From: Squalus acanthias
Lineage: Eukaryota
Reading direction: 5' to 3'
Length of the DNA stretch: 64,000 bases
Assembly: GCA_030390025.1 (NCBI GenBank)
Contig: CM059432.1
Coordinates: forward strand, 124,746,001 to 124,810,000
Shown here: positions 40,156 through 51,020 of the stretch, piece after piece
Layout: each line of letters opens with the position of its first letter
Position numbering within the stretch: the stretch's first letter is position 1
Notes under the pieces: generated by a model
What the model was told of the DNA's origin: nothing
Database searches by the model: none
The model's input: only the letters and a program-made list of their open reading frames with translations
Program-made: the position numbers and the translations under genes

Positions 40156-40542
40156 TTCAAAGTGTTGTCGTCTTTGTATACCGAATATCTGGTGTAGCAA
40201 AATACAAAGCTCTTTCTCCACCTTCTAACATCTACATAGCATTTTTTGATTGCAATGGTAAGAAAAGAACTTGAGATGTTTTTAAATATTTGAATAAACT
40301 GAATGAAGTCTGTCTTTCTACATTGCAGATGATGCAAAAAAATTCTACAGTATTCAAAGGATTTATGTCCCAAAACCATAAATTTATCTGAAAAACTATT
40401 ATCATAAAATGATGAGTAAATCTGGAAAATGTATTTACTATACTTTTTAACTTGGTATGGATTCTTAGCTGCATGAGGGGGGAAAATGTTTGGAGAATCG
40501 TATTTTAACCCTTGGCATTCTTATAATTTTACTCCCCACCAG

Positions 40543-40620
40543 GAAAAGTTCTTTGAGGTGGCGTCAGAACTGATTGTATATACCTACTTCTTTTCTGCTT
40601 CAGAGGATGCTTTACCAAAG
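40543..40620 (+). CDS. TMX3: TMX3 coding exon (EKFFEVASELIVYTYFFSASEDALPK)
   Basis: CCAG acceptor, GTAAAT donor; 78 nt, phase 0; matches TMX3 ASELIVYTYFFSASE. Confidence 0.95.
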
Positions 40621-41016
40621 GTAAATTTTTCAAGTTAATTATCATCTGTCTTTTTCAAATTGTAATTGATGCATATAAATGCCATTAGGTCCTTTTAGAC
40701 TGCTTCTTCCACATATAAGCAACTCTGTTGTCAACCCTTTCCCCTACTCTCTAAAGCAGCATTATCCCTTTTTGTTTAGCCTGCAGAAGCAGCAGATTTT
40801 TATGAAAAAATTTCACCCCTTTTCAACGTTGGCTTTCCAAAATTATTCAAGCTTTTAATTTCAATTAATTGCTTATAAATTAGCTAGCTTAGTGACAATG
40901 AAATATAGTGATATTGAAGGGAATAGCTTGGAGGAGTTGGAATCTGACAACCATGGAAGAAGCAGAATTTCTCAGTATTGGTATGAGATGCTTTAGGGAT
41001 CTTTTCATTGAACATT

Positions 41017-41720
41017 TCATAGAATAGTACAGCACAGAAGGAGGCCGTTCGGCCCATTGAGTCTGCGCCGGCTCTTCGAAGAGCAATCCAGTTCATCCCA
41101 CTCCCCTGCTCTTTCCCCATATCGCTGCAATTTTTTCTCCAAGTATTTATCCAATTCCCTTTTTAAAGCTACTAATGAATCTGTTTCCACCACCCTATCG
41201 TGCAGTGCATTCAAAATCCCCGTTGTGTAAAAAAGTTTTTGCTCCTGTCGCCTCTGGTTCTTTTGCCAGTCACCTTAAATCTGTGCCCTCTGGTTATCAA
41301 CCCTTCAGCCATTGGAAACAGTTTCTTTTTATTTACTCTACTCTATTTAAACCCTTCATGATTTTAAACATCTCCATCAAATCTCCTCTTAGCCTTCTCT
41401 GCTCGAAGGAGAACAACCCCAGCTTCTCCAGTCTATCCATGTAGCTGTCATCCCTCATCACTGGAACCATTCTAGTAAATCTCTTCTGTACCCTCTCCAA
41501 AACCTTCACATCCTTCCGAAAGTGTGGTGCCCAGAATTGGACACTATACTCCAGCTGGGGCCGAACTAGTGTTTTATAGGTTTAGCATAACTTCCTGGCT
41601 TTTGTACTCTGCCTCTATTTCTAAAGCCCAGGATCCCATATGTTTTATTAACTGCATTGTTAACCTGTCCTGCCACCTTCAATGATTTGTGCACAAACAC
41701 CCCCAGGTGTCTCTGTTCAT
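41017..41720 (-). mobile_element. CR1 (HER1-like) 3' fragment
   Basis: Minus-strand LEKLGLFSXEQRRLRGDL remnant and tail GGGCCGAACGGCCTCCTTCTGTGCTGTA. Confidence 0.88.
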
Positions 41721-42704
41721 TAATAGAATCCTGATCATCTATGTAGTCGGTCTGTTATCTACTTTTGACTAACTAGTGCTTATTCTGTGAGAGAGGGTTG
41801 TATATTGGTTATTTTTAGGGTTGAGTTTGCCCATAGGTGACATGACAGGTACATGGGATTGAATTTGAGTTGATGATCTGTGGCAGACTGTAACCTGATA
41901 CCTGAACTGGGGAGGTCCTCTAGTACTCTAGGGTGCTGTTGATAATTGACCAGCCAAACTAGCACATTGATGGGACTTGGCGGTCTAAACCTGTCACTGA
42001 GGACTGAGGTTCTTCCTACTCAGCTCCAATTAACCCTACAAGCAGTTGGAGAAACAACAATAAACTCTTACGTGCACTGCAATTTTAGTTGGTTAAACTC
42101 CAGCGCTATCTTTATGTACACTTGGGGATTCCTAAGCTAAGTCTGGTGTTCTCCATACTTATGTGGATTTCTCAGTAGTTGGGATACTCTTATTGTGGTG
42201 ATGGGATTTTGCTGGCCAAAAAACTATTGAAGGCTGGGTTTTTTTGAGGGGAGGGGCTTGTATGCATTAAATGGTCTACAACATTAACTGTATATTCAGG
42301 GCCTTTGGATCTCAATGGTAAGCCTGTTACTTATGGTTGGGCCAGCCCAGGGAATTAATGCACCTTCCCTGACAATGCACCTATTCTCAAGAGTTTTCCT
42401 AGTTTCGCCGCTGCACCTCCTACTCAGAAGATCATTGGAAGAGGCCTGGGAGCAGGTTGCCTTCTGTCCCTCTTCAGCTGCAGATGGTATAGGAGATTGT
42501 GGAGAATATTTGCAACCATACAGAAAATTACAACAACAAAAGAATTAGAATTTGAAAATGTGCAGGAGCTTCCCTGATGGCTTAATAAGTTTTTTTCGAG
42601 CGAGTTGCTGAGCCATCAAGACCAAGGAGGTTCCAGGTTCAATCTCCATGCTCTTGGTTTAAGGAGGTGAAAATTGTCTAAAATTCACAATGAAGTGCAC
42701 TAAA

Positions 42705-43230
42705 GAGAGAACTTGCATTGACAGAGCACAGGATATCCCAAAGCACTTCACAGCCAATTAAGTAGTTTGAAGTGATGTCACTATTGTAATGTAGGGAAGC
42801 GCAGCATCCAATTTGCACATAGCGTAGGTTCACAAACAGCAATAAGATAAATGACATGGGATAAATTTCCCATCATGACAGAAGCCTGAAAATGGACAGT
42901 TCAGCTGGGCTGACCATTGAAATGGTTATTTCAAAAGGGAGCTAATAGCTGTTTTGTGTGGTATTAGTTGAGGGATAAATATCAGCCAGGATATCTGGAG
43001 AACTCGCCTGTTCTTCTTTGAAAACTGCCATTGTATAGTTTACGTCCACCTCACCGGGCAGACGGGGCCTCGGCTTAACGTCTCATCTGAAAAATAGCAT
43101 CTCTGACACTGCAGCACTCCCTCAGTACTGCAATAAAGTGTCAACCTAGATTCTGTGCTCTGAAATGGGGCTTGAACCTGTGACCTTCTGATTCCGAGGC
43201 GAGAGTGCTAGCACTGAGCCAAGGCTGACG
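42705..43230 (-). mobile_element. SacSINE1/DeuSINE-like SINE copy
   Basis: Colinear with 39060-39525, with an internal insertion. Confidence 0.8.
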
Positions 43231-43631
43231 CCCCATGGATATCAGGTGGCTCTTGGCAAATTGACAAATAGTGTACAGAACTGTAGAAATGTATAATTTT
43301 AGAGGAAAAAATTGTGTTTGATTATGGTGCAGCAATGTTGCTGCATTCCCCCTGCACACTCCCCCCCACACCCCTCCCCCCCAAAAAAATACATCATTTT
43401 GTGTCAGTTGATCCTACTAAAGGTGATAGTGTTTCAGATCTTTTTGATGGAAACAGCAAGGTTGAATAACTGTTTACCTTGCATCAATATAATACAGCTG
43501 GGATGTATGGACCATTTTGAAATGGTATCTTACTGTAGATGCCTTGGTAGGCTTGCAAAAGTCCTGTTTCTTTTATGCTGAACATTCTGGGCAGTTTGTA
43601 AGAGTTTATTGTGATGGTGCTTTTCCACTAG

Positions 43632-43698
43632 GATGTCTCTGTCCAGGAGCTTCCTGCCGTGTTGGTGTTCAAAGATGGAACCTACTATGTGTATGATG
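43632..43698 (+). CDS. TMX3: TMX3 coding exon (DVSVQELPAVLVFKDGTYYVYD)
   Basis: CTAG acceptor, GTGAGT donor; 67 nt, phase 0 to 1; matches TMX3 EMPAVLVFKDETYFVYD. Confidence 0.95.
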
Positions 43699-44067
43699 GT
43701 GAGTCCAGAAAGCGTGGCTTGTTTTTAATTCTAATTTGTGTGTATGTCTTTTGTGAGGAGGGATGGGGAGCAGAAGATTCTGAAGGTTTAAGTGAACTAA
43801 AAAATTGAAATTGGACCTGGCACATTTTTCTTAGTATCCAGACAAGGATGCCTTGGCGTCTGTACCTCCTCATTAATTCATAATAAAATACAGTGCGTCT
43901 TTGAGATCCTCCTTTCAGTCAACAGTTCTGAACTCCTGCAGCTAAAATGCGTGGACATTTATAGTATTGGTCTTCAGATTTAACTCTCATAATTGGTGAT
44001 TCTCCATATATTGGTTCCTGAATTAGTGGCGGGTTGTGAAATTAATCAGTGAAACTGTAAGCACTAA

Positions 44068-45057
44068 TACAAAAGCAAAATGCTGCGGATGCTGGAAATC
44101 TGAAATAAAAACCGAAAATTCTGGAAATACTCAGCAGGTCAGGCAGCATCTGTGGAGAGAAAGAGTTAACGTTTCAGGTCGATGACCCTTTGTCACAACT
44201 GGAAAAAGCTGGAGATGGAACAGGTTTTTAAGCTAGTGCAAGTGCAGGGGCAGGGAAAGGGGGGAGGGGAGGAAAGAACAAAAGGGAAGGTCTGTGATAG
44301 GATGGAAGGCAGGAGAGATTAAGAGATGGTGCAAGGCAAAAGGAGATGGTAATGGAACAAGTTAAGGAACAAAAGATGGCTCCAGATGAAGTGTAAATGG
44401 CACTGGCAGAATGAAAGACAGCTGCCATGTGAGAAAAAAAAATTGGAAAAAAAGATAGGGGCAGAGGTTATCGTCTGAAATTGTTGAACTCTGTGTTGAG
44501 TCCAGAAGACTGTAAAGTGCCTAATCGAAAGATGAGGTGCTGTTCCTCGAGCTTACATTGAGCTTCATTGGAACAGTGTAAGAGGCCGAGGACGATGAGG
44601 TCATGAAGTCTGAGTGGGAGTGGAGCGGAGAATTAAAGTGACAGGTGACCGGAAGCTCGGGGTCACCCTTACGGACTGAACGGAGGTGTTCTGCAAAGCG
44701 GTCACCCAATCTGCGTTTGGTCTCCCCAATGTAGAGGAGACCACATCGTAAGCAGCGAATACAGTATACTAAATTGCAAGAAGTACAAGTAAGTCGCTGT
44801 TTCACCTGGAAGGAGTGTTTGGGGCCCTGGACAGTGGGAAGGGTGGAGGTATAAGGGCATGTGTTGCATCTCCTGCGCTTGCACGGGAAGGTGCCGGGCG
44901 AAGGGGAAGGGATGTTGGGGGTGATAGAGGAGTGGACCAGGGTGTCGCGGAGGGAGCGGTCCCTTCGGAATGCTGAAAGGGGAGGTGAGGGGAAGATGTG
45001 TTTGGTGGTGGGATCACGCTGGAGGTGGTGGAAATGGCAGAGGATGATCCGTTGAAA
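44068..45057 (-). mobile_element. Penelope-like element 3' part (GIY-YIG endonuclease plus pLTR)
   Basis: CNLVYCIRCLRCGLLYIGETKRRLGDRFAEH (44521-44805); hammerhead-like motif at 44164-44200; AAACTGTAAGCACTA occurs on both flanks (about 44052 and 45055), a likely TSD. Confidence 0.9.
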
Positions 45058-45829
45058 CTGTAAGCACTACTTCTGTGACTCAAAAGATCCTGATAAATTC
45101 AGAACTGGTAACTTTTTTTAAAAAAATATTCATTGTGTTGAGATTCATGTACTTGCTCATTATAAACTGTCCAGTGAAGTTTCGTTGTTATAAATTTAAC
45201 CACACAAAGACCTCTGACTTGAATTTTGTTGAGGAAAAAAATCTTTGAATTTCCATGTCTAGTGTTATTTTGAAGCCATGCGTTAAATAGATTTCAGAAA
45301 AAATGGAGAAAAAACCTCCCCTTCAGCACTATTTTTAGCAACTAACCTACATGTAGCAAAGGGTAACGTGCAGTGAATGTCAGGCAAATTCCAGTCTGCT
45401 GTAGATACCTTTTCGGGTTCAGTGGTGTCCAACAGCCCGTAGATGGATCACACGCCTCTTGCATGCTGGACTTGACTCTCGCTGCCCAGTAGCTACTTAT
45501 ACAATAGCATAACCTAGGGAGTGTTACAATGTGCGTCTTTGACGTACGAAGTGGATATTGTGTTTTTTTCATGTGCCCTCACGTACTACTACAATGTTTT
45601 CAAAGGTGGACTGAAGAAACAATTGGTATGGAAAGGTCAGATGTGAATTGTTATGCTGCTTTGTTTCACAGATCGTGAGTTAACATACAGACCAACAGTT
45701 ATGCTTGGACTCACTTCATTCAATCAGTACAACTTGCCTTTGCGTAATACAAAATAATCAGCTTGTTCCATTTCCCCACATTTGTGGATTACGCGGGCTT
45801 ATGCCAGACAGCACCTGGAACCATGGACC

Positions 45830-46412
45830 ACCCCATCGGTCTACTCTCAATCATCAGCAAAGTGATGGAAGGTGTCGTTGACAGTACTATCAAGCAGCAC
45901 TTACTCACCAATAACCTGCTCACTAATGCCCAGTTTGGATTCCGCCAGGACCACTCTGCTCCAGACCTCATTACAGCCTTGGTCCGAAAATGGACAAAAG
46001 AGCTGAATTCCAGAGGTGAGGTGAGAGTGACTGCCCTTGACATCTCGGCAGCATTTGACCGAGTGTGGCATCAAAGAGCCCTAGTAAAACTGAAGTCAAT
46101 GGGAATCGGGGGGTAAAACTCTCCACTGACTGGGGTCATAACAAGCACAAAGGAAGATGGCTGTGGTGGTTGGAGGTCAATCGTCACAGCCCCAGGACAT
46201 CTCTGCAGGAGTTCCTCAGGGCAGTGTCCTAGGCCCAAACATCTTCAGCTGCTTCATCAATGACCTTCCCTCCATCATAAGGTCAGAAATGGGGATGGTC
46301 GCTGATGACTGCAGTGTTCAGTGCCATTTGCAACTTCTCAGCTAATGAAGCCTGGACAACATTCAGGCTTGGGCTGATAAGTGGCAGGTAACATTCGCGC
46401 CACACAAGTGCC
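45830..46412 (+). mobile_element. Internal RT fragment of the CR1-group LINE family
   Basis: QFGFRQDHSAPDLIT, ALDISAAFDRVWH, GVPQGSVLGP. Confidence 0.88.
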
Positions 46413-46742
46413 TATCACTGTAACCTCCTCCAGCCCCACATCCCTCCAATTCTGGCCTCTTGCGCATCCCTGATTTTAATTGCTCCAACATTGGCGGGCG
46501 TGCCTTCAACTGCCTAACCCTAAGCTCTGGCATTCTCTCCCTAAACCTCGCCGCCTCTCTAACCCTCTGTCCTCCTTTAAGATGCTTCTTAAAATCTACC
46601 TTTTTGACCAAGCTGTTGGTCATCTTCCTAATAACTCCTTATGTGGTGCGGTATCAAATTTTGTTTGATAACGCTCCAGTGAAGCACCTTGGGATGTTTT
46701 ACTACATTAAGGCGCAATATAAATACAAGTTGTTGGTTGTTA
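46413..46742 (+). mobile_element. L2 LINE 3' end
   Basis: IGGRAF motif and same tail as 36465-36710. Confidence 0.8.
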
Positions 46743-47413
46743 GAATGGTTAATGTTGTTCTCCAAAGACTGTAAATAGTAGATAATTCATTAGCCCATCT
46801 CTGCAACTGATAAATGCCTCACACCCATAGGGGGGAAAATTCAGTTGGTTGCGCCTCCCGTTAGCGCCTTAAGAGGGCGCTAATGGGGCGCAAAGTAACT
46901 AGCGCCCAGGCGCAGCGATGTTTGCACCGCTCGCGAAATTAACTAGACATTTTGTGGCGGCGCTAAACTTTACCACCGCGATCTCCTGCAGATCTTGACG
47001 TCATATGAGGGTGCAACGCCCTTGTGGCGCCCCGGAGCGGAAATTGAGTGGCGCCCCCATCCTTTCCACCTGGCGCAACCAACGACCAGAAGACTGGAAT
47101 GCTCCCCAGTCGCTGTGGGGCTGGGGGGGCGCTATTTAAAGGGGGCCTCTTCCTGTCTTTCTCTGTGGTTGACATTTTTGCACCACTCGTTCTAAGAGAG
47201 AGAGAGAGATTCGGAGAGAGAGAAAGAGAGACTTCTGCAATGAGTCAATGCTGTGTGAGGTAGTTTTGGCTACTGATCATAACTTTGCAGGTACTTTGGT
47301 TTTTGACCTTCATAACTTTGATTGCCAAGAGACTTTGGGGGCTGCACTGATTGGGGGCGTCGTCCTGCGCCACCAGAATCAGACGACACAGACTCAGAGA
47401 GAGAGTGGCAATC

Positions 47414-48472
47414 ATGGCCAGACGGAGGAGGGCCAACAGGCCTCTGTACAGGAGTCCTTACCCTCCCAGGGTATATTGCCAACAATTCACATATATTAAT
47501 ATGTCTGAGGAGCAGTGTTTGCGAAGGCTGCGCTTCAGCAAGGAGGTAGTCACTGAGCTCTGCCACCTGCTGCAGCCAGATCTGCAGCCTCAACTGAGGT
47601 CCAGGACGTCTCTGTCGGTGGCAGTGAAGATCACAGTGGCTCTGAACTTTTATGCCACTGGCTCATTTCAATCAGCTACTGGGGACATCGCCAATATCTC
47701 CCAGTTCGCGGTGCATTGCTGCATCCATATGGTCCCAAATGCCCTCTTTAAAAGGAGACGAGAGACCATCTCTTTCCCCATGACCCCAGACAAGCAGCAA
47801 GAACGCGCAATGGGCTTTGCTAGGATAGCGGGCTTCCCCATGGTGCAGGGCGCTATTGACTGCACGCATGTGGCTTTGCGTGCTCCGCATGAGAATGCCG
47901 AGGATTTCCGCAACAGAACGGGTTTCCATTCCTTAAACGTTCAGTTGGTCTGTGACCACAGACAGCTGATACTCGCTGTCAATGCCCACTATCCTGGTAG
48001 CTGCCACGATGCATTCATCCTGCGCCAGACTACTGTGGCAGAACTTTTCCAGGCACCGCATCAGCCAGTTGGTTGGCTTCTCGGGGACAAGGGATATCCA
48101 CTGAGCACTTGGCTGATGACACCGCTCCGTACGCCCAACACCCCTGCTGAGCTGCGGTACAACGAGAGCCATCAAGCTACCAGGAACATCGTTAAGCACA
48201 CAATCGGCGTGCTCAAGCAACGGTTCCGCTGTCTGGACCATTCTGGAGGAGCCCTGCAGTACTCGCCTGAGCGAGTTTCCCACTTCGTAGTTGTGTGCTG
48301 CATGCTGCATAACCTGGCAATCCTCAGGACCCAGCCAATGCCACCAAGCCTTGGAACACCACCAGAGGAGGAGGAGGAGGATCATCATCAGCAGCACCAA
48401 GGCCCACAATGCAGAAACTGGAAGGGCCATCCGTCAACGGCTGATAGCAAGCCGCTTCTAGGCCCCTGCTGA
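47414..48472 (+). CDS. Harbinger (HARBI1-like, DDE_Tnp_4) transposase, probably inactive
   Basis: GAIDCTH, NVQLVCD, YPGSCHD, LLGDKGY, YNESH, LKQRFRCL, CCMLHN motifs; the expected catalytic E reads K (48194-48196); ATG at 47414 within ORF 47351-48472. Confidence 0.93.
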   Translation: MARRRRANRPLYRSPYPPRVYCQQFTYINMSEEQCLRRLRFSKEVVTELCHLLQPDLQPQLRSRTSLSVAVKITVALNFYATGSFQSATGDIANISQFAVHCCIHMVPNALFKRRRETISFPMTPDKQQERAMGFARIAGFPMVQGAIDCTHVALRAPHENAEDFRNRTGFHSLNVQLVCDHRQLILAVNAHYPGSCHDAFILRQTTVAELFQAPHQPVGWLLGDKGYPLSTWLMTPLRTPNTPAELRYNESHQATRNIVKHTIGVLKQRFRCLDHSGGALQYSPERVSHFVVVCCMLHNLAILRTQPMPPSLGTPPEEEEEDHHQQHQGPQCRNWKGHPSTADSKPLLGPC

Positions 48473-48758
48473 GGAAATGGCTTCTGCCATTGAGAACAAC
48501 ATGAATTAAACCAACCCGCAACCCCTAAGCCGGCCAAGGCAGCAATGATTCCAAAGACCAAACATGTACATTTTGAATACAAAAACGTATTTATTTCACA
48601 AACTCTGTGTGTCATTTCCTCATGACAAACTAATAGAAACAAACACAAAAACACAGTCATTAACATAACTGGTTCTCATAACCTGGAGATAATGTTCAAA
48701 AGTTTGACCACGAACCTCGGCCTTTAATAAAAAAATGACCAACATTTTGTCACACCTC

Positions 48759-49728
48759 CTACTTTTTGCCCTTCGAGGGTGATCTCCTTCCCTTGCGCAC
48801 TTCCCCCCTTCCCACCCTACTGCTCCTCCGTAATGGGACCTCAGTGGCGGCAGCAGGGCTGGTGGAAGGCTGCTGATTGTCAGAACCTGAGACTGCAGAT
48901 GCCCTTGAAGGACGGCCTCGACCAGCTCTGGGCCTGGAGGGCCCGGCTGCAGACTGCACCAACTCTGCATGGGCGGCAGCAGTCTGTCCTACAGGCGGTG
49001 GCAAGTGCAGTGGAGAAGTGATACTGGTGGCAGCAGGAATGCTGTCATCTTGAGAGAGGACAGCAACTCCCTGCTCGACCGACACACTGGCACTCCCACG
49101 GGGCAGCACTTCAGCGTCCGGAGCAATCTGCTGGAGCACAGATTGCTGGCCTGCTGCGGCGCGGTGAGCGCCCCGGGGAAATGTGTACGAACCATCGAGG
49201 ATGGCAGCAGTCAGTGCTCGCGTGGCCTCAATCTGAGTCTGCAGGAGAGCAGTCAGAGATGGGTTCATGGCAGCCATTGCAGCACTAAACATTTGCGTGG
49301 CATCCGCCTGTGCTACAGCAAAGTGCTCCACACTCCTTGCCAGTGATTCAATGCATTCGGGCACCCTTCCCACTGCACCCATGAGCTCAGTGTGCATGTC
49401 CACCGCCTGGGTGTTCATTTCAGCGATGAGCCGCTCCTCCTCTGCGTCCAGTGCAGTAGGACTCGCTAGCATACTCTCCCTCCGGGGAGAAGGCCCCCGT
49501 TCTTCCCTACCCCCATCGCGTTGCTGCAACCCGCTGGGTCCTGGAGCTTCACCCTCATCAGACCCTTCCCCCCCCTGCTCCCCTCCAGGGAAGGCGTGTT
49601 CCCAGTGTGGGCATGGGCTTCCTCGGGAGAGGGTGGCGCTGATGCTCCGCCTTCATCTTCCTCCTCGGCTGCAGCTTCACTCCCACTGGCAGCTTGAGGG
49701 CCCGTCTCCTCAGCTGGTGAATCACCAT
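48759..49728 (-). pseudogene. Harbinger Myb/SANT-like protein, exon 3 (frameshifted near 49580)
   Basis: ctgctttcag acceptor; acidic linker, then a shift into ORF 48759-49529 (EAPGPSG..., coiled-coil-like region, basic tail LRRSSRVGRG). Confidence 0.7.
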
Positions 49729-49887
49729 CTGAAAGCAGGGAGGTACAAGAGTGGCTTTAGCGTGAGGACAGGGGGGCAGTAAGGGAGGAATGAGTGCAGC
49801 GATTTAGTAAGCTGGATTGAAAGTGTCAAAGGCTGGTGTTGTGAGGGACAAGTGGAAGGACAGAGGACAAAAAGGTGATGACCTTAC

Positions 49888-50050
49888 TATTGCTGTCCAG
49901 AACGGGGTCGGCGTCTCCAGTAGCGCCGGGACCGATCACCCGGCTTGCCACAATCCTGTGGACGTGCGCCTCAAGATCGCTGAGGGGTTGCAGCTGAGGC
50001 CGCCCTCCACCCGTCCGTTGCTGCTGTCTCCTATTATGAGATAGCTTGGC
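49888..50050 (-). CDS. Harbinger Myb/SANT-like protein, exon 2
   Basis: ttcttgcag acceptor; AKLSHNRRQQQRTGGGRP (typical post-SANT TGGG motif); GTAAGG donor, phase 1. Confidence 0.85.
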
Positions 50051-50084
50051 CTGCAAGAAAAAGGACGGCGTCTGAGTAAATATA

Positions 50085-50300
50085 CAGCCATGGTCTTGCC
50101 TGATGTGCCTCCCATAGGTGAATAGCCCTTACTGTATGCAGCCATGGTCTTGCCTGATGTGCCTCCAATAGGTGAATAGCCCTTACTGTATGCAGCCATG
50201 GTCTTGCCTGATGTGCCTCCAATAGATGAATAGCCCTTACTGTATGCAGCCATGGTCTTGCCTGATGTGCCTCCCATAGGTGAATAGCCCTTACTGTATG
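50085..50300. repeat. Tandem repeat, 4 x 54 bp, in intron 1 of the Myb gene
   Basis: CAGCCATGGTCTTGCCTGATGTGCCTCCCATAGGTGAATAGCCCTTACTGTATG at 50085, 50139, 50193, 50247. Confidence 0.95.
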
Positions 50301-50434
50301 CATAGTGTGGAATGTGCGTGTGTGTTTCATGAGAGGGCCATAGGTGTTGGATGAGTGTTGGGCATTGGGGTTTTAAGACCCTCTGGCCATAGAGTGAGGT
50401 TGAGATGGAGGGGTATTGAAAAAAAGCCACTCAC

Positions 50435-50671
50435 CCTGACGATCCGAGTGAGGTCGTTGAACTTTTTTCGACATTGTATATGGGTCCTGGGCACCATGCT
50501 CCTGGAGGAGACGCTCTGAGCCACCTCCCTCCACACTCTTCTGTACTCGCGCGGCAAAGGCCTCCTGCCACTCTCAGGGAAGAGTATAGATCTTCTGCGC
50601 TCCACCGCGCCAACCAGAGCATCCAAGGCCCGCTCGCTAAAGCGCTGAGCTCGTTCTCTCACCCTCTCCAT
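50435..50671 (-). CDS. Harbinger Myb/SANT-like (trihelix) DNA-binding protein, exon 1
   Basis: MERVRERAQRFSERALDALV...WREVAQSV...RTHIQCRKKFNDL; GTGAGT donor, phase 0. Confidence 0.9.
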
Positions 50672-51020
50672 AGCCCTTGGCTGGAAGATTTAGGCGCAGG
50701 TCTCTCCAGGCCGAGATTCAAGGCTCCAATAAGTAGGGTGTGGCTGGAGTGCAAGATCGACCCTCCCCTTTAAGAACTGTCCGGCGCTAGTGTGTCTGTG
50801 TTCCATCGCTAACTGACCACCTGCGCTATGCCCACGCTCTGAGTTAGCGCCTCGCTCCTCGGCCTTTGCGCCTTAAGACAGGTGTGTAGCGCCTGATTTA
50901 GCGCTCCAATCACCTCCAGGGGCGATAAAAGTCAAGTTTGCAGTCGGAGGCGATAATTAGCACCAGGCGCTAATCTTTGCGCCCCAAATGGGGCAATACT
51001 GAATTTCTCCCCCATAGTGG

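Larger units (their letters stand above)
46830..51013. mobile_element. Full-length PIF/Harbinger DNA transposon (4184 bp)
   Basis: TIR GGGGGGAAAATTCAGT vs GGGGGAGAAATTCAGT (14/16); TSD ATA (46827-46829, 51014-51016); convergent transposase and Myb/SANT genes; CpG-rich subterminal repeats. Confidence 0.95.

Noticed and set aside
47414..48472. Calling this the host gene HARBI1
   Set aside because: It lies between TIRs with a TSD and a Myb partner and carries lesions, so it is a transposon copy, not the domesticated gene
49936..50430. 164-aa repeat-protein ORF
   Set aside because: Explained by the 54-bp intronic tandem repeat; the splice signals define it as intron
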